Assembly: GCA_028691905.1 (NCBI GenBank)
Contig: JAQUYJ010000001.1
Coordinates: 1-39,977 of the forward strand
DNA length: 39,977 nucleotides
Reading direction: 5' to 3'
Origin: Bacilli bacterium
Lineage (GTDB): Bacteria > Bacillota_I > Bacilli_A > ML615J-28 > CAG-698
Of the stretch, positions 1 through 7,385 are shown piece after piece. The notes beneath the pieces are model-generated. The model was not told the DNA's origin. It did not search any database and saw only the letters and a program-made list of their open reading frames with translations. The position numbers were made by a program, and so were the translations under genes. Every line of letters starts with the position of its first letter. Within the stretch, counting starts at the first letter, position 1.

Positions 1-51
1 AATTCTATCTATTTACAATGTGTTCTATGATTTAATTACTCCGTAAAAAGG

Positions 52-76
52 AAGCCGGGAAACCGGCTTTTTTTAT
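52..76 (+). terminator. Rho-independent terminator of a gene upstream of the window
   Basis: Hairpin aagccgg-gaaa-ccggctt (52-69) followed by a T-run. Confidence 0.7.
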
Positions 77-135
77 TGTAAAAAAGTAGAAAATAAACAT
101 AGAATAAGGTATAATAAAACAAATAGAGGTGGATT

Positions 136-1002
136 ATGAAAAAAAATATATTCAGAGATTTACTGGTAGAAAATCTAGAAGAAGCAACTGTTGTTTTTAT
201 GGGAATACCTTTTGATAAAGCAGTATCGTGTGGGCAGGGTGCTCGTTTTGCTCCCTTAAAATTGCGGGAATTATCAGCCTTTTTACCTCCGGTATCCTAT
301 CAGGGAAAAAAGCTTAACACAAAATTGTTTGATGGTGGTGATATTGAAAACTATCAAGCCAATCAAACCGATTCCAAAGTCACTTTTGCTTTTAAACAAA
401 ACAAATTTTGCTTTTTCGTTGGCGGAGATCACTCCGTTTCCATTGCCATGCAGAAAGCTTTTACTGAAAAAAACAGTGGAAAAAAGGTGGGAATTATTCA
501 TGTTGATGCCCATGCTGATTTGTGCGATATATACGATAACAATCGCTATTCTCATGCAAGTGTGAACAGACGGGCGATTGACAATGGGGTACAGGATGGG
601 GATATTGCTTATATCGGTATTCGGTCATGGGAAAAAGAAGAAGTAGAATATTACCAAAATCATCCTGAAGTTACATTAATTCCGATGCAGGAAATCCACC
701 ACAGTGGGTTACCTACCCAACTGGATAAACTGATTAATCAATTCAGACATCATGATGCAGTTTACCTATCGTTTGATATTGATGCAATTGATCCTGCCTA
801 TGCACCAGGAACAGGAACGCCGGAAGCAGCGGGGATGACTTCCTATCAGGCATTGGAATTGGTTCGTTCTTTACTGCTCCATCTTCCGATTCAAGCAATG
901 GATATCGTTGAAGTGGCTCCCCCCCTGGATCAAAATGATATCACATCCTGGCTTGCACTCAAGATGATGTATGAAGCATTTTCTGCTTTAGAAGAAAAAT
1001 AA
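136..1002 (+). CDS. speB: Arginase-family ureohydrolase, most likely agmatinase
   Basis: 288-aa ORF with RBS agaggtgg upstream. Mn-binding ureohydrolase motifs are present: [34 protein letters not shown]. Substrate (agmatine versus another guanidino compound) cannot be decided from sequence by eye. Confidence 0.8.
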   Translation: MKKNIFRDLLVENLEEATVVFMGIPFDKAVSCGQGARFAPLKLRELSAFLPPVSYQGKKLNTKLFDGGDIENYQANQTDSKVTFAFKQNKFCFFVGGDHSVSIAMQKAFTEKNSGKKVGIIHVDAHADLCDIYDNNRYSHASVNRRAIDNGVQDGDIAYIGIRSWEKEEVEYYQNHPEVTLIPMQEIHHSGLPTQLDKLINQFRHHDAVYLSFDIDAIDPAYAPGTGTPEAAGMTSYQALELVRSLLLHLPIQAMDIVEVAPPLDQNDITSWLALKMMYEAFSALEEK

Positions 1003-1007
1003 ATTAA

Positions 1008-1044
1008 TCTGTCAAGCAAAAATACTTGACAGATGTTTTTTTTA
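1008..1044 (+). terminator. Rho-independent terminator after the ureohydrolase gene
   Basis: Stem ctgtcaag (1008-1015) pairs with cttgacag (1025-1032), followed by a T-run (1036-1043). Confidence 0.75.
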
Positions 1045-1054
1045 TAGGTATAAT
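1026..1054 (+). promoter_or_regulatory. Sigma-A promoter of rpsP-khpA
   Basis: TTGACA (1026-1031), exact 17-bp spacer, TATAAT (1049-1054). The -35 box lies in the 3' arm of the preceding terminator. Confidence 0.7.
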
Positions 1055-1087
1055 AATTCTAGTTCAGTTGAAGGAGGATTAATTGAT

Positions 1088-1357
1088 ATGGTTAAAATTA
1101 GATTACAACGATTTGGTGCCCATAAACGCCCATTCTATCGTATTGTTGCAACCGATGCCCGCAATCCCAGAGATGGTCGTTTTATCGAAATAGTTGGTAC
1201 TTACCACCCGTTGGATAAAGAACAACAACTAAAAATCGACGAAGAAAAAGCTTTAAAATGGCTTCAAGCTGGAGCACAACCAACCGATACGGTTAAATCA
1301 TTATTTACAAAAATGGGTATCAATGCGAAATTTACAAGTAAGAAACAAGGTGAATAA
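1088..1357 (+). CDS. rpsP: 30S ribosomal protein S16
   Basis: [20 protein letters not shown]... is a typical S16 N-terminus. RBS is gaaggagg. Confidence 0.97.
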   Translation: MVKIRLQRFGAHKRPFYRIVATDARNPRDGRFIEIVGTYHPLDKEQQLKIDEEKALKWLQAGAQPTDTVKSLFTKMGINAKFTSKKQGE

Positions 1358-1359
1358 CG

Positions 1360-1611
1360 GTGGCTGAATTGAATTATGAAAAATTCGTTAGCGACCTTAT
1401 CCGCCCAATCGTCATGTATCCGGAAGAAGTTCGGGTAAAAATATTTGCTGAAGACAATCAGGTTATTACCTTGCAGGTAATGGTAAATGAGAAAGATCTT
1501 GGTCGTGTCATCGGTAAAAAAGGGCGTGTTGCCAATGCCATTCGCACAATAGCTTTTGCTTGTGGAGCGAGAGAAGGCAAAAAAATAGAAATATCCATTG
1601 ACTCATTTTAA
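1360..1611 (+). CDS. khpA: KH-domain RNA-binding protein (YlqC/KhpA family)
   Basis: 83 aa with a GTG start 2 nt after the rpsP stop. KH GXXG loop VIGKKGRVANAIRT. Conserved position after rpsP. Confidence 0.9.
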   Translation: MAELNYEKFVSDLIRPIVMYPEEVRVKIFAEDNQVITLQVMVNEKDLGRVIGKKGRVANAIRTIAFACGAREGKKIEISIDSF

Positions 1612-1614
1612 AAA

Positions 1615-1639
1615 AAGATTAGGAAACTAGTCTTTTTTT
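1615..1639 (+). terminator. Rho-independent terminator after khpA
   Basis: Stem aagattag pairs with ctagtctt (one G-U pair), GAAA tetraloop, then a T-run. Confidence 0.7.
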
Positions 1640-1640
1640 G

Positions 1641-1669
1641 TTGACAAGATAAATAAAACAAAGTATAAT
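1641..1669 (+). promoter_or_regulatory. Sigma-A promoter of the ArsR-family regulator / P-type ATPase operon
   Basis: TTGACA (1641-1646), 17-bp spacer, TATAAT (1664-1669). Confidence 0.75.
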
Positions 1670-1670
1670 A

Positions 1671-1694
1671 ATATATGAGCGTTTGCTCATATAT
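1671..1694 (+). promoter_or_regulatory. Putative ArsR/SmtB-family operator (10-4-10 perfect inverted repeat)
   Basis: atatatgagc-gttt-gctcatatat starts 2 nt after the -10 box and covers the expected transcription start. It resembles the TGA..TCA-cored, AT-flanked palindromes bound by CzrA/SmtB-type repressors. Confidence 0.65.
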
Positions 1695-1706
1695 AGGAGA
1701 ATTCAA

Positions 1707-1991
1707 ATGAATAAACTAGATAATAGTGCATTATTGTTTAAAGCTTTGGGAGATCAAACCAGAATTAGAATTATTGAAGCAATAATGAATACAGAAAAAA
1801 ATGTAATGCAGATAGCCAATGAATTGAATATGACGCATTCAGCTATTTCTCATCAATTGCAATTATTAAAAGAAGTGAATATTGTCCGTTTTAGAAGAAA
1901 AGGGAAAGAAATATTTTATACGCTAAGTGATTCCCACATTAAGACAGTAGTCGAGCAGGTATTCACACATGCAATGGAATGTGAGGAATAA
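1707..1991 (+). CDS. ArsR/SmtB-family metal-sensing repressor, CzrA/SmtB-like (alpha-5 site)
   Basis: ATG at 1707 preceded by RBS aggaga; the ORF-track TTG at 1683 lies inside the operator. Winged-helix motif NMTHSAISHQLQLLK. The C-terminal DSH-x10-H-x2-E (DSHIKTVVEQVFTHAME) matches the alpha-5 Zn/Co sensing motif DxHx10Hx2E. No CadC-type CVC motif. Confidence 0.85.
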   Translation: MNKLDNSALLFKALGDQTRIRIIEAIMNTEKNVMQIANELNMTHSAISHQLQLLKEVNIVRFRRKGKEIFYTLSDSHIKTVVEQVFTHAMECEE

Positions 1992-1992
1992 A

Positions 1993-4350
1993 ATGAAAAA
2001 GAAATTCTTTATTAAAAATACAGAAAATCAAGCCGAATTGAAACGGGTTGAAGAAGAAATAAGCATTGCCTTTGATGAGGGTGATGTCATAATGGATTAT
2101 GAGGAAGAAGCGATAGAAGTTGATTGTCATGACAATCCGGACCGTTTTAATCAATTGCTGTTTATTGTCCGATCGATTAATCCAAAAATCAATCTTGTGG
2201 AAAAAGAAGATACAAAAAAATATCGTAAAGTATTGTTTTTGGATGGTTTGGATTGCGCAAACTGTGCCTTAAAAATAGAACGGATCGCAAAAAGATCCCT
2301 GAGTCATGAATTTATCAGTGTTGATTTTACTTCTGCACGATTTATAATCGAAACAAAAGATGAAAAAACACATCAAAATATTATTGATGAAGTAAGTAAA
2401 ATCACCTCAATGGTTGACCCTTCTGTGCAGGTTAAAACAAAATCAACAATTCGGACTACACCAAAAAGTTTGATTGATACCAAACCAAAACTGGATCTTA
2501 TTCTATTCATAATTGGCGTCGGTTTGTTTTTAACCGGGGTAATTATCCGTTTTGCTCTTCAATCTGTCGGAACCATTTTACCCGATTGGACAATCCTGTT
2601 AATGTATACAGTCGCTTATATTTTACTGGGAAAAGACGTTTTATATGGAGCATTTAAAAATATCATATCGGGTCGCTTTTTCGATGAAAAGTTTCTGATG
2701 ACACTTGCAACCAGTGTTTCTTTGGGAATCGGGTTTTATGAAGAGGCGGTATCCGTCATGATTTTCTACAAAATCGGTGAATTTTTCCAGGAATATGCGG
2801 TTAACAAATCCCGAAAATCCATTTCTTCTCTTTTGGATATCAAACCACCCCATGCCAATCTTTTGGTGAACAATGAAGTGGTTGAAGTTGACCCGGCTGA
2901 AATATGCGAAGGGGATATCATATATGTGAAAAGTGGTGAACGGGTACCTGTTGATGGGATTATCATTGAAGGAGAATCTTCCCTGGATGTTTCTGCACTT
3001 ACAGGAGAATCAAAATTGGTTGATGTAGGTGTTGGAAATGATATTATTTCCGGTTCAATCAATACCACTGGCGTTCTAAAAGTTCAGGTAGATAAAATAT
3101 ATGAAGACTCCATGGTTGCTCAAATTCTACACATGGTAGAAAACGCAAGCATGTTGAAATCCAAATCGGAAAAGTTGATTTCCAAATTGGCTAAATACTA
3201 TACTCCGATAATTGTTATATTTGCTTTATTTTTGGCTTTATCACCTATTTTGTTTCATTCGTGGAATTTTCAGGATTCAATATACAGTGCAACTATTTTT
3301 CTTGTTGCATCCTGCCCCTGTGCATTGGTTATTTCTGTTCCTTTAGGCTTTTTTGGAGGAATCGGTGGAGCCAGTAAACACGGGATATTAATCAAGGGCA
3401 GTAACTATCTGGAAGCTTTAGCTGATTTGGGTGGTATTGCTTTCGATAAAACAGGAACACTTACAAAAGGTCAGTTCACTGTGGGTGAAATAGTTGCCCA
3501 TACAGGCAGTAAGCATGATATATTGGAATTTGCTGCTTATTGTGAATTTACTTCCAGTCATCCGATCGCCCGTTCCATTATTACCGAATACGGGGAAGAT
3601 AATATTGATACTTCACGTATTCGTATTCATTCCAAAGGAATGAAAAATGGAACGAGAATCTATTTGGATGAAGAAGAAATAGCCATCGGTAATGCTGCTT
3701 TCATGCATAAAATCAAAGTAAAAGTACCGGAAATTAACAGCGATGATGTAATTGTTTATGTCGTGAAAAACCAGGAATACGTTGGTCACATTATCATGCA
3801 AGATGAAATCAGAACAGAAGCAAAAGCTGTTATCAAGCAACTGAAAGAACGTGGAATTAAAACTGCTATGTTTACTGGTGATAAAGAAGTAGTTGCCAGT
3901 GAAGTTGCTGAGTCTGTTGGGATTGATATGATTTATGCCGGCATGAGTCCAATCGACAAAGTGAAAAAACTTCGCCAAATGAAAAAAACGTTAAATAAGA
4001 AAAAGCAGGCATTTATAGGTGATGGTATCAATGATGCTCCTGTTTTAAGCAGTGCGGATGTCGGTATTGCCATGGGTGGATTGGGCAGTGATGCAGCGAT
4101 AAAAGTCGCTGATGTTGTCTTAATGGATGATGATCTGACTAAAATTCCCCTTGCCATTGATATTGCGAAAAAAACAAAACAAATTGTTTATCAGAATATT
4201 GCTTTTGCCCTTGTCGTAAAAATCATTGTATTGGCACTGGCTCCGGTTGGTATATCCCATTTATGGGAAGCCATTTTTGCTGATGTCGGGGTTTCGCTCC
4301 TGGCTATTCTTAATTCCCTGCGAGCTGCAAGAATAAACAAGCGCAATTGA
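1993..4350 (+). CDS. Heavy-metal P1B-2-type ATPase (Zn/Cd/Pb efflux class)
   Basis: ATG at 1993 is 1 nt after the regulator stop, with RBS gaggaa. HMA domain with CANC (nt 2254-2265). TGES, CPC (SCPCALVIS), DKTGTLT, HP and GDGINDAP motifs are present. TM7 N-x7-K (NIAFALVVK) and TM8 DxG-x7-N (DVGVSLLAILN) are characteristic of the Zn/Cd/Pb subgroup. An uncharacterised extension of about 75 aa precedes the HMA domain. Confidence 0.92.
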   Translation: MKKKFFIKNTENQAELKRVEEEISIAFDEGDVIMDYEEEAIEVDCHDNPDRFNQLLFIVRSINPKINLVEKEDTKKYRKVLFLDGLDCANCALKIERIAKRSLSHEFISVDFTSARFIIETKDEKTHQNIIDEVSKITSMVDPSVQVKTKSTIRTTPKSLIDTKPKLDLILFIIGVGLFLTGVIIRFALQSVGTILPDWTILLMYTVAYILLGKDVLYGAFKNIISGRFFDEKFLMTLATSVSLGIGFYEEAVSVMIFYKIGEFFQEYAVNKSRKSISSLLDIKPPHANLLVNNEVVEVDPAEICEGDIIYVKSGERVPVDGIIIEGESSLDVSALTGESKLVDVGVGNDIISGSINTTGVLKVQVDKIYEDSMVAQILHMVENASMLKSKSEKLISKLAKYYTPIIVIFALFLALSPILFHSWNFQDSIYSATIFLVASCPCALVISVPLGFFGGIGGASKHGILIKGSNYLEALADLGGIAFDKTGTLTKGQFTVGEIVAHTGSKHDILEFAAYCEFTSSHPIARSIITEYGEDNIDTSRIRIHSKGMKNGTRIYLDEEEIAIGNAAFMHKIKVKVPEINSDDVIVYVVKNQEYVGHIIMQDEIRTEAKAVIKQLKERGIKTAMFTGDKEVVASEVAESVGIDMIYAGMSPIDKVKKLRQMKKTLNKKKQAFIGDGINDAPVLSSADVGIAMGGLGSDAAIKVADVVLMDDDLTKIPLAIDIAKKTKQIVYQNIAFALVVKIIVLALAPVGISHLWEAIFADVGVSLLAILNSLRAARINKRN

Positions 4351-4366
4351 TGTGCTTGTTTTTTTC
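4336..4366 (+). terminator. Rho-independent terminator of the metal-efflux operon
   Basis: Stem aacaagcgc pairs with gtgcttgtt, 7-nt loop, then a T-run. It overlaps the last codons and stop of the ATPase. Confidence 0.7.
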
Positions 4367-4383
4367 ATTTGATATGGTATAAT
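4356..4383 (+). promoter_or_regulatory. Candidate extended -10 promoter of rimM-trmD
   Basis: tatggTATAAT (TG 4375-4376, -10 box 4378-4383) with a weak -35 ttgttt (4356-4361, 16-bp spacer). Confidence 0.55.
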
Positions 4384-4407
4384 GAAGAGGGTACAAAGAG
4401 GTGTAAC

Positions 4408-4890
4408 ATGTATTTGGTAGGTAAAATCATTGGAACGCACGGTATAAAAGGTGAATTGAAAATTCACGCGGAAACTAATTTTTCACGGTTTGAAATTGGT
4501 AATGTTTTACATATAAAAAAAGAAAATGAATATCAGGAATTAAAAGTAAAAACCCATCGTATGCACAAAAACAATCATCTGGTTAGTTTTGAAGGCTATA
4601 CGAATATTAATGAAGTACTGTCCTGGATTGGATTGAATCTGTTTACTACACATGATCCCGATGAATTGCAAATTGGTGAGTATTATTATGAAGATTTAAT
4701 CGGAAAAACGCTTCTTTCAACAAAAGGGGAAATACTGGGGAAGGTTATTGATATCAGAGAAGTACCACAGGGAATTATCCTGGAAGGAAAAAACGATAAA
4801 AAAACATTTCTAATTCCCTTTGTCGATGAATTTGTAAAAGAAATTACAACAGACAAAATCGTCATTGAAGTGATGGAAGGATTATTATGA
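4408..4890 (+). CDS. rimM: 16S rRNA processing protein RimM
   Basis: Start chosen at MYLVGKIIGTHGIKGELK (typical RimM N-terminus, RBS aagaggtg). PRC-barrel C-terminal half. Confidence 0.9.
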   Translation: MYLVGKIIGTHGIKGELKIHAETNFSRFEIGNVLHIKKENEYQELKVKTHRMHKNNHLVSFEGYTNINEVLSWIGLNLFTTHDPDELQIGEYYYEDLIGKTLLSTKGEILGKVIDIREVPQGIILEGKNDKKTFLIPFVDEFVKEITTDKIVIEVMEGLL

Positions 4891-5612
4891 GAATAGATAT
4901 TTTAACTTTATTCCCAGAGATGTTTGCCGGGATGCTGTCACAGTCGATATTGAAAAGGGCGATTGAACGTGACTTGGTTGAAGTGCATGTTCATGATTTC
5001 CGTTCTTTTGCGACGAACAAACATAAAAAAGTGGATGATACCATCTATGGTGGCGGTGCGGGAATGCTTATTTCTGTTGAGCCGATTGTCCGCTGCCTGC
5101 AGGCAATTCCGGGTTACGAACGGGCAACCAAAATTTTAACCACACCAGCGGGTATGACTTATACACAGGAAAAAGCTTGCTCTTTTGCGAAGCAAGATCA
5201 TTTGATCATTGTCTGTGGCCATTATGAGGGTATTGACGAACGGATTCTTCATTTTATTGATGAAGAAATATCGTTAGGTGATTTCATCCTAACAGGAGGG
5301 GAGATTGCCAGTCTTGCTATTGCTGACAGTGTGATTCGGTTGCTTCCGGAAGTAATCAATGAAATTTCAATTGCAAGTGAAAGCTATGTGGATGGATTGT
5401 TGGAATATCCCCAGTATACAAAACCACCCGTTTTTGAGGGGTTGGAAGTTCCTGAAGTACTCCTGTCAGGCAATCATGAAGCAATTCGCAGCTATCGGCG
5501 GTATATGGCAATTAAAAAAACATATCTTCGCCGGAAAGATTTATTGGAAAAAATGGAATTAAGTAAAGAAGACAATCAATTTTTAGAAAAAATCAAACAA
5601 GAAAACGATTAA
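4887..5612 (+). CDS. trmD: tRNA (guanine37-N1)-methyltransferase
   Basis: ATGA overlap with rimM. Motifs MRIDILTLFPEMF, GGGAGM, GHYEGIDER. Confidence 0.96.
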   Translation: MRIDILTLFPEMFAGMLSQSILKRAIERDLVEVHVHDFRSFATNKHKKVDDTIYGGGAGMLISVEPIVRCLQAIPGYERATKILTTPAGMTYTQEKACSFAKQDHLIIVCGHYEGIDERILHFIDEEISLGDFILTGGEIASLAIADSVIRLLPEVINEISIASESYVDGLLEYPQYTKPPVFEGLEVPEVLLSGNHEAIRSYRRYMAIKKTYLRRKDLLEKMELSKEDNQFLEKIKQEND

Positions 5613-5618
5613 AAATGA

Positions 5619-5647
5619 TTGCTATTTAAGAAGGTATATGGTATAAT
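5619..5647 (+). promoter_or_regulatory. Sigma-A promoter of rplS
   Basis: TTGCTA (5619-5624), 17-bp spacer, TATAAT (5642-5647) with upstream TGg (extended -10, tatggtataat). Confidence 0.65.
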
Positions 5648-5654
5648 AATTGAG

Positions 5655-5733
5655 GTTTGAAAAAGCCAAAGCACGGTGTTCCGCTACTATTCTTAGGATA
5701 GGAATGAACATTGGAAGAAGGAGCGTGAACGAA
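5655..5733 (+). promoter_or_regulatory. Possible ribosomal protein L19 leader (autoregulatory 5' UTR)
   Basis: An untranslated leader of about 80 nt lies between the promoter and the rplS RBS. It contains small hairpins (for example ctattc-tta-ggatag at about 5685-5699) and a ttctt tract complementary to the aagaa of the RBS region. L19 leaders are known in Bacilli, but I cannot verify the covariance model by eye. Confidence 0.3.
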
Positions 5734-6081
5734 ATGAGTCAACAATTGATTGATCAAATCACTAGTGAGTATATGCGTAATGATATTCCTGAATTCCGAC
5801 CTGGAGATACAGTAAAAGTGTTCGTTAAAATCAAGGAAGGTAACAGAGAACGTCTGCAAGCATTTGAAGGACTAGTAATCAAAAGACGCGGTGGAGGAAT
5901 CAGTGAAACGTATACAGTACGTAAAGTTTCCTATGGAATTGGTGTGGAAAGAACTTTTCCAATCCATACTCCAAATGTTGCTAAAATTGAAGTGGTTCGT
6001 AGAGGAAAAGTACGTCGAGCTAAATTAAATTACATTCGTACTTTATCAGCCAAGGCTGCTCGTATTAAAGAGCGCCGCTAA
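5734..6081 (+). CDS. rplS: 50S ribosomal protein L19
   Basis: ATG at 5734 with RBS gaaggag. [13 protein letters not shown]...FRPGDTVKV... is typical L19. The upstream part of the track ORF (5650-5733) is leader, not coding. Confidence 0.96.
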   Translation: MSQQLIDQITSEYMRNDIPEFRPGDTVKVFVKIKEGNRERLQAFEGLVIKRRGGGISETYTVRKVSYGIGVERTFPIHTPNVAKIEVVRRGKVRRAKLNYIRTLSAKAARIKERR

Positions 6082-6084
6082 TAG

Positions 6085-6110
6085 AAAAGCAGGAAACTGC
6101 TTTTTTATTT
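6085..6110 (+). terminator. Rho-independent terminator after rplS
   Basis: aaaagcag-gaaa-ctgctttt followed by a T-run. Confidence 0.8.
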
Positions 6111-6128
6111 TAAAAATTTTTAAAAAAC

Positions 6129-6157
6129 TTGAAAAAGCTTTCATATTATGATACAAT
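6129..6157 (+). promoter_or_regulatory. Sigma-A promoter of the ccpA-like gene, overlapped by a cre-like box
   Basis: TTGAAA (6129-6134), 17-bp spacer, TACAAT (6152-6157) with TGa extended -10. The sequence tgaaaaagctttca (6130-6143) is cre-like with one central mismatch. Confidence 0.6.
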
Positions 6158-6186
6158 AAGACATCACAGTGAATAGAGGTGATTTT

Positions 6187-7173
6187 ATGAATCAAGCCAA
6201 GATATATGATATAGCCGGTGCTGCAGGTGTAAGTCTAGCTACTGTATCCCGTGTTTTAAACCATCCCGAAAAAGTGAAAAAAGGAACAAGAGAAAAAGTA
6301 CTTCGAATTATAAAAGAAAAAGGATATAAACCCAACGCCAATGCAAGGGGACTTGCAAGCAGAAAATCAACTACAGTAGCGGTTGTCGTTCCGACGGTTC
6401 TTAGGGCATCCATTTCTGAAATGATTCAGGGAATTGCCGACAGTGCAAAAAAATACGGATATTCCATTCGTCTTTTCGTCAATGGTCAGCATCAGACCAG
6501 TACGGATGCATGGTCCGATGTGATAGCATCCAGTGTGGATGGTATTTTGTTCATGAATGACGAAATGGAAAATGAAACATACGAGTTAATTGAACATACA
6601 CCAGTCCCTGTTATTTTTATTAATGCACTGTCAAAAAGCACTAAAATCGGCAGTGTCGGCATTGATAATGAAGACTGCTCCTACCGTGTTACAAAGGAAA
6701 TGATTACCCGTGGATTTAAAGATATTCTTTTCATTACAACCGAGCATAAATACGCAGTCAATGATTTAAAAGAAAAAGGATATCGTCGGGCAATGGAAGA
6801 ATTTCGTTTGCTACCATCTGTTTTTAAAAGCAGTGGTGATTTAGCAATAAACGAAAAGCAGTTCAAGGAAATGTTGGACAGTAGAACACCGGAAGTTGTT
6901 TTTGCGGTTCGTGATTCGATGGCGATTTCATTTATGAATGTGGCCAGCAAACGTGGAATCAAAATACCGGCACAAATGCAGGTTGTTGGTTTCCAGAATA
7001 CAAGATATGCTGAACTGTCCAATCCGAAACTAAGTTGCGTGGAAACACCGATTTATGAAATTGGCAATGTCGCCATGGAAAAATTAACAGAATTGATGAA
7101 AAATGCGGAAGAAACAAAACCGACAAATGTGGTAGTAGACTATCGAATTATTTATCGCGAATCAACTAAATAA
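6187..7173 (+). CDS. ccpA: LacI-family regulator, probable catabolite control protein A
   Basis: ATG at 6187 with RBS agaggtga. HTH IYDIAGAAGVSLATVSRVLN. As I remember B. subtilis CcpA, several blocks resemble it (GLASRKSTTVAVVVP, VDGILFMN, GFQNTRYAEL...IYEIGNVAMEKLTELM, C-terminal RESTK) and the length is similar. The position near tyrS also matches B. subtilis. Orthology needs an alignment to confirm. Confidence 0.65.
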   Translation: MNQAKIYDIAGAAGVSLATVSRVLNHPEKVKKGTREKVLRIIKEKGYKPNANARGLASRKSTTVAVVVPTVLRASISEMIQGIADSAKKYGYSIRLFVNGQHQTSTDAWSDVIASSVDGILFMNDEMENETYELIEHTPVPVIFINALSKSTKIGSVGIDNEDCSYRVTKEMITRGFKDILFITTEHKYAVNDLKEKGYRRAMEEFRLLPSVFKSSGDLAINEKQFKEMLDSRTPEVVFAVRDSMAISFMNVASKRGIKIPAQMQVVGFQNTRYAELSNPKLSCVETPIYEIGNVAMEKLTELMKNAEETKPTNVVVDYRIIYRESTK

Positions 7174-7199
7174 AAACGAAGAAAAAGAACAAGTAGACC

Positions 7200-7367
7200 T
7201 TTTTACATGCAGATAGAGAAATAGTGGCTGGTGAAAACTATTCTGTTGGAAGGATTGAAATACCTCTTTGGAGTTTTACCAAATAAATGAGGGCATCTGT
7301 TTACAGATGAACTAAGGTGGTACCGCTGGAAATTTCTAGTCCTTAGATAATATAAGGACTCTTTTTT
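7200..7367 (+). promoter_or_regulatory. T-box riboswitch leader, tyrosine-specific
   Basis: AGAGA bulge (7215-7219) and distal GGTGAAA. Candidate specifier UAC (7261-7263) after GAAA. T-box sequence aactaaggtggtaccgctgg (7310-7330). Terminator agtcctta / taaggact (7338-7360) plus T-run. ctaagg of the T-box is complementary to ccttag of the terminator 5' arm, giving the antiterminator. Confidence 0.9.
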
Positions 7368-7385
7368 ATGGAAAGGAATGATAAT

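Noticed and set aside
283-565. Antisense and alternative-frame ORFs (90 aa and 78 aa) inside the ureohydrolase gene. Similar short ORFs are listed throughout the track (for example 1963-2154, 2641-3068, 3613-4157, 6192-7022, 14028-14228, 16989-17183, 17498-17764, 18005-18343, 35670-36082, 37768-38197, 39024-39861).
   Set aside because: All lie fully within long ORFs that carry clear family motifs on another frame or strand. They have no RBS, low-complexity or odd composition, and no recognisable motifs. They are typical shadow ORFs of AT-rich DNA.
5650-5733. N-terminal extension of the rplS ORF. Analogous extensions occur at 1683-1706, 1969-1992, 4369-4407, 6169-6186, 19601-19657, 25256-25267, 33581-33628, 34399-34485 and 38253-38282.
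   Set aside because: Internal ATGs with proper Shine-Dalgarno sequences give N-termini that match the conserved family starts. The extensions overlap promoters, operators, leaders or upstream genes.
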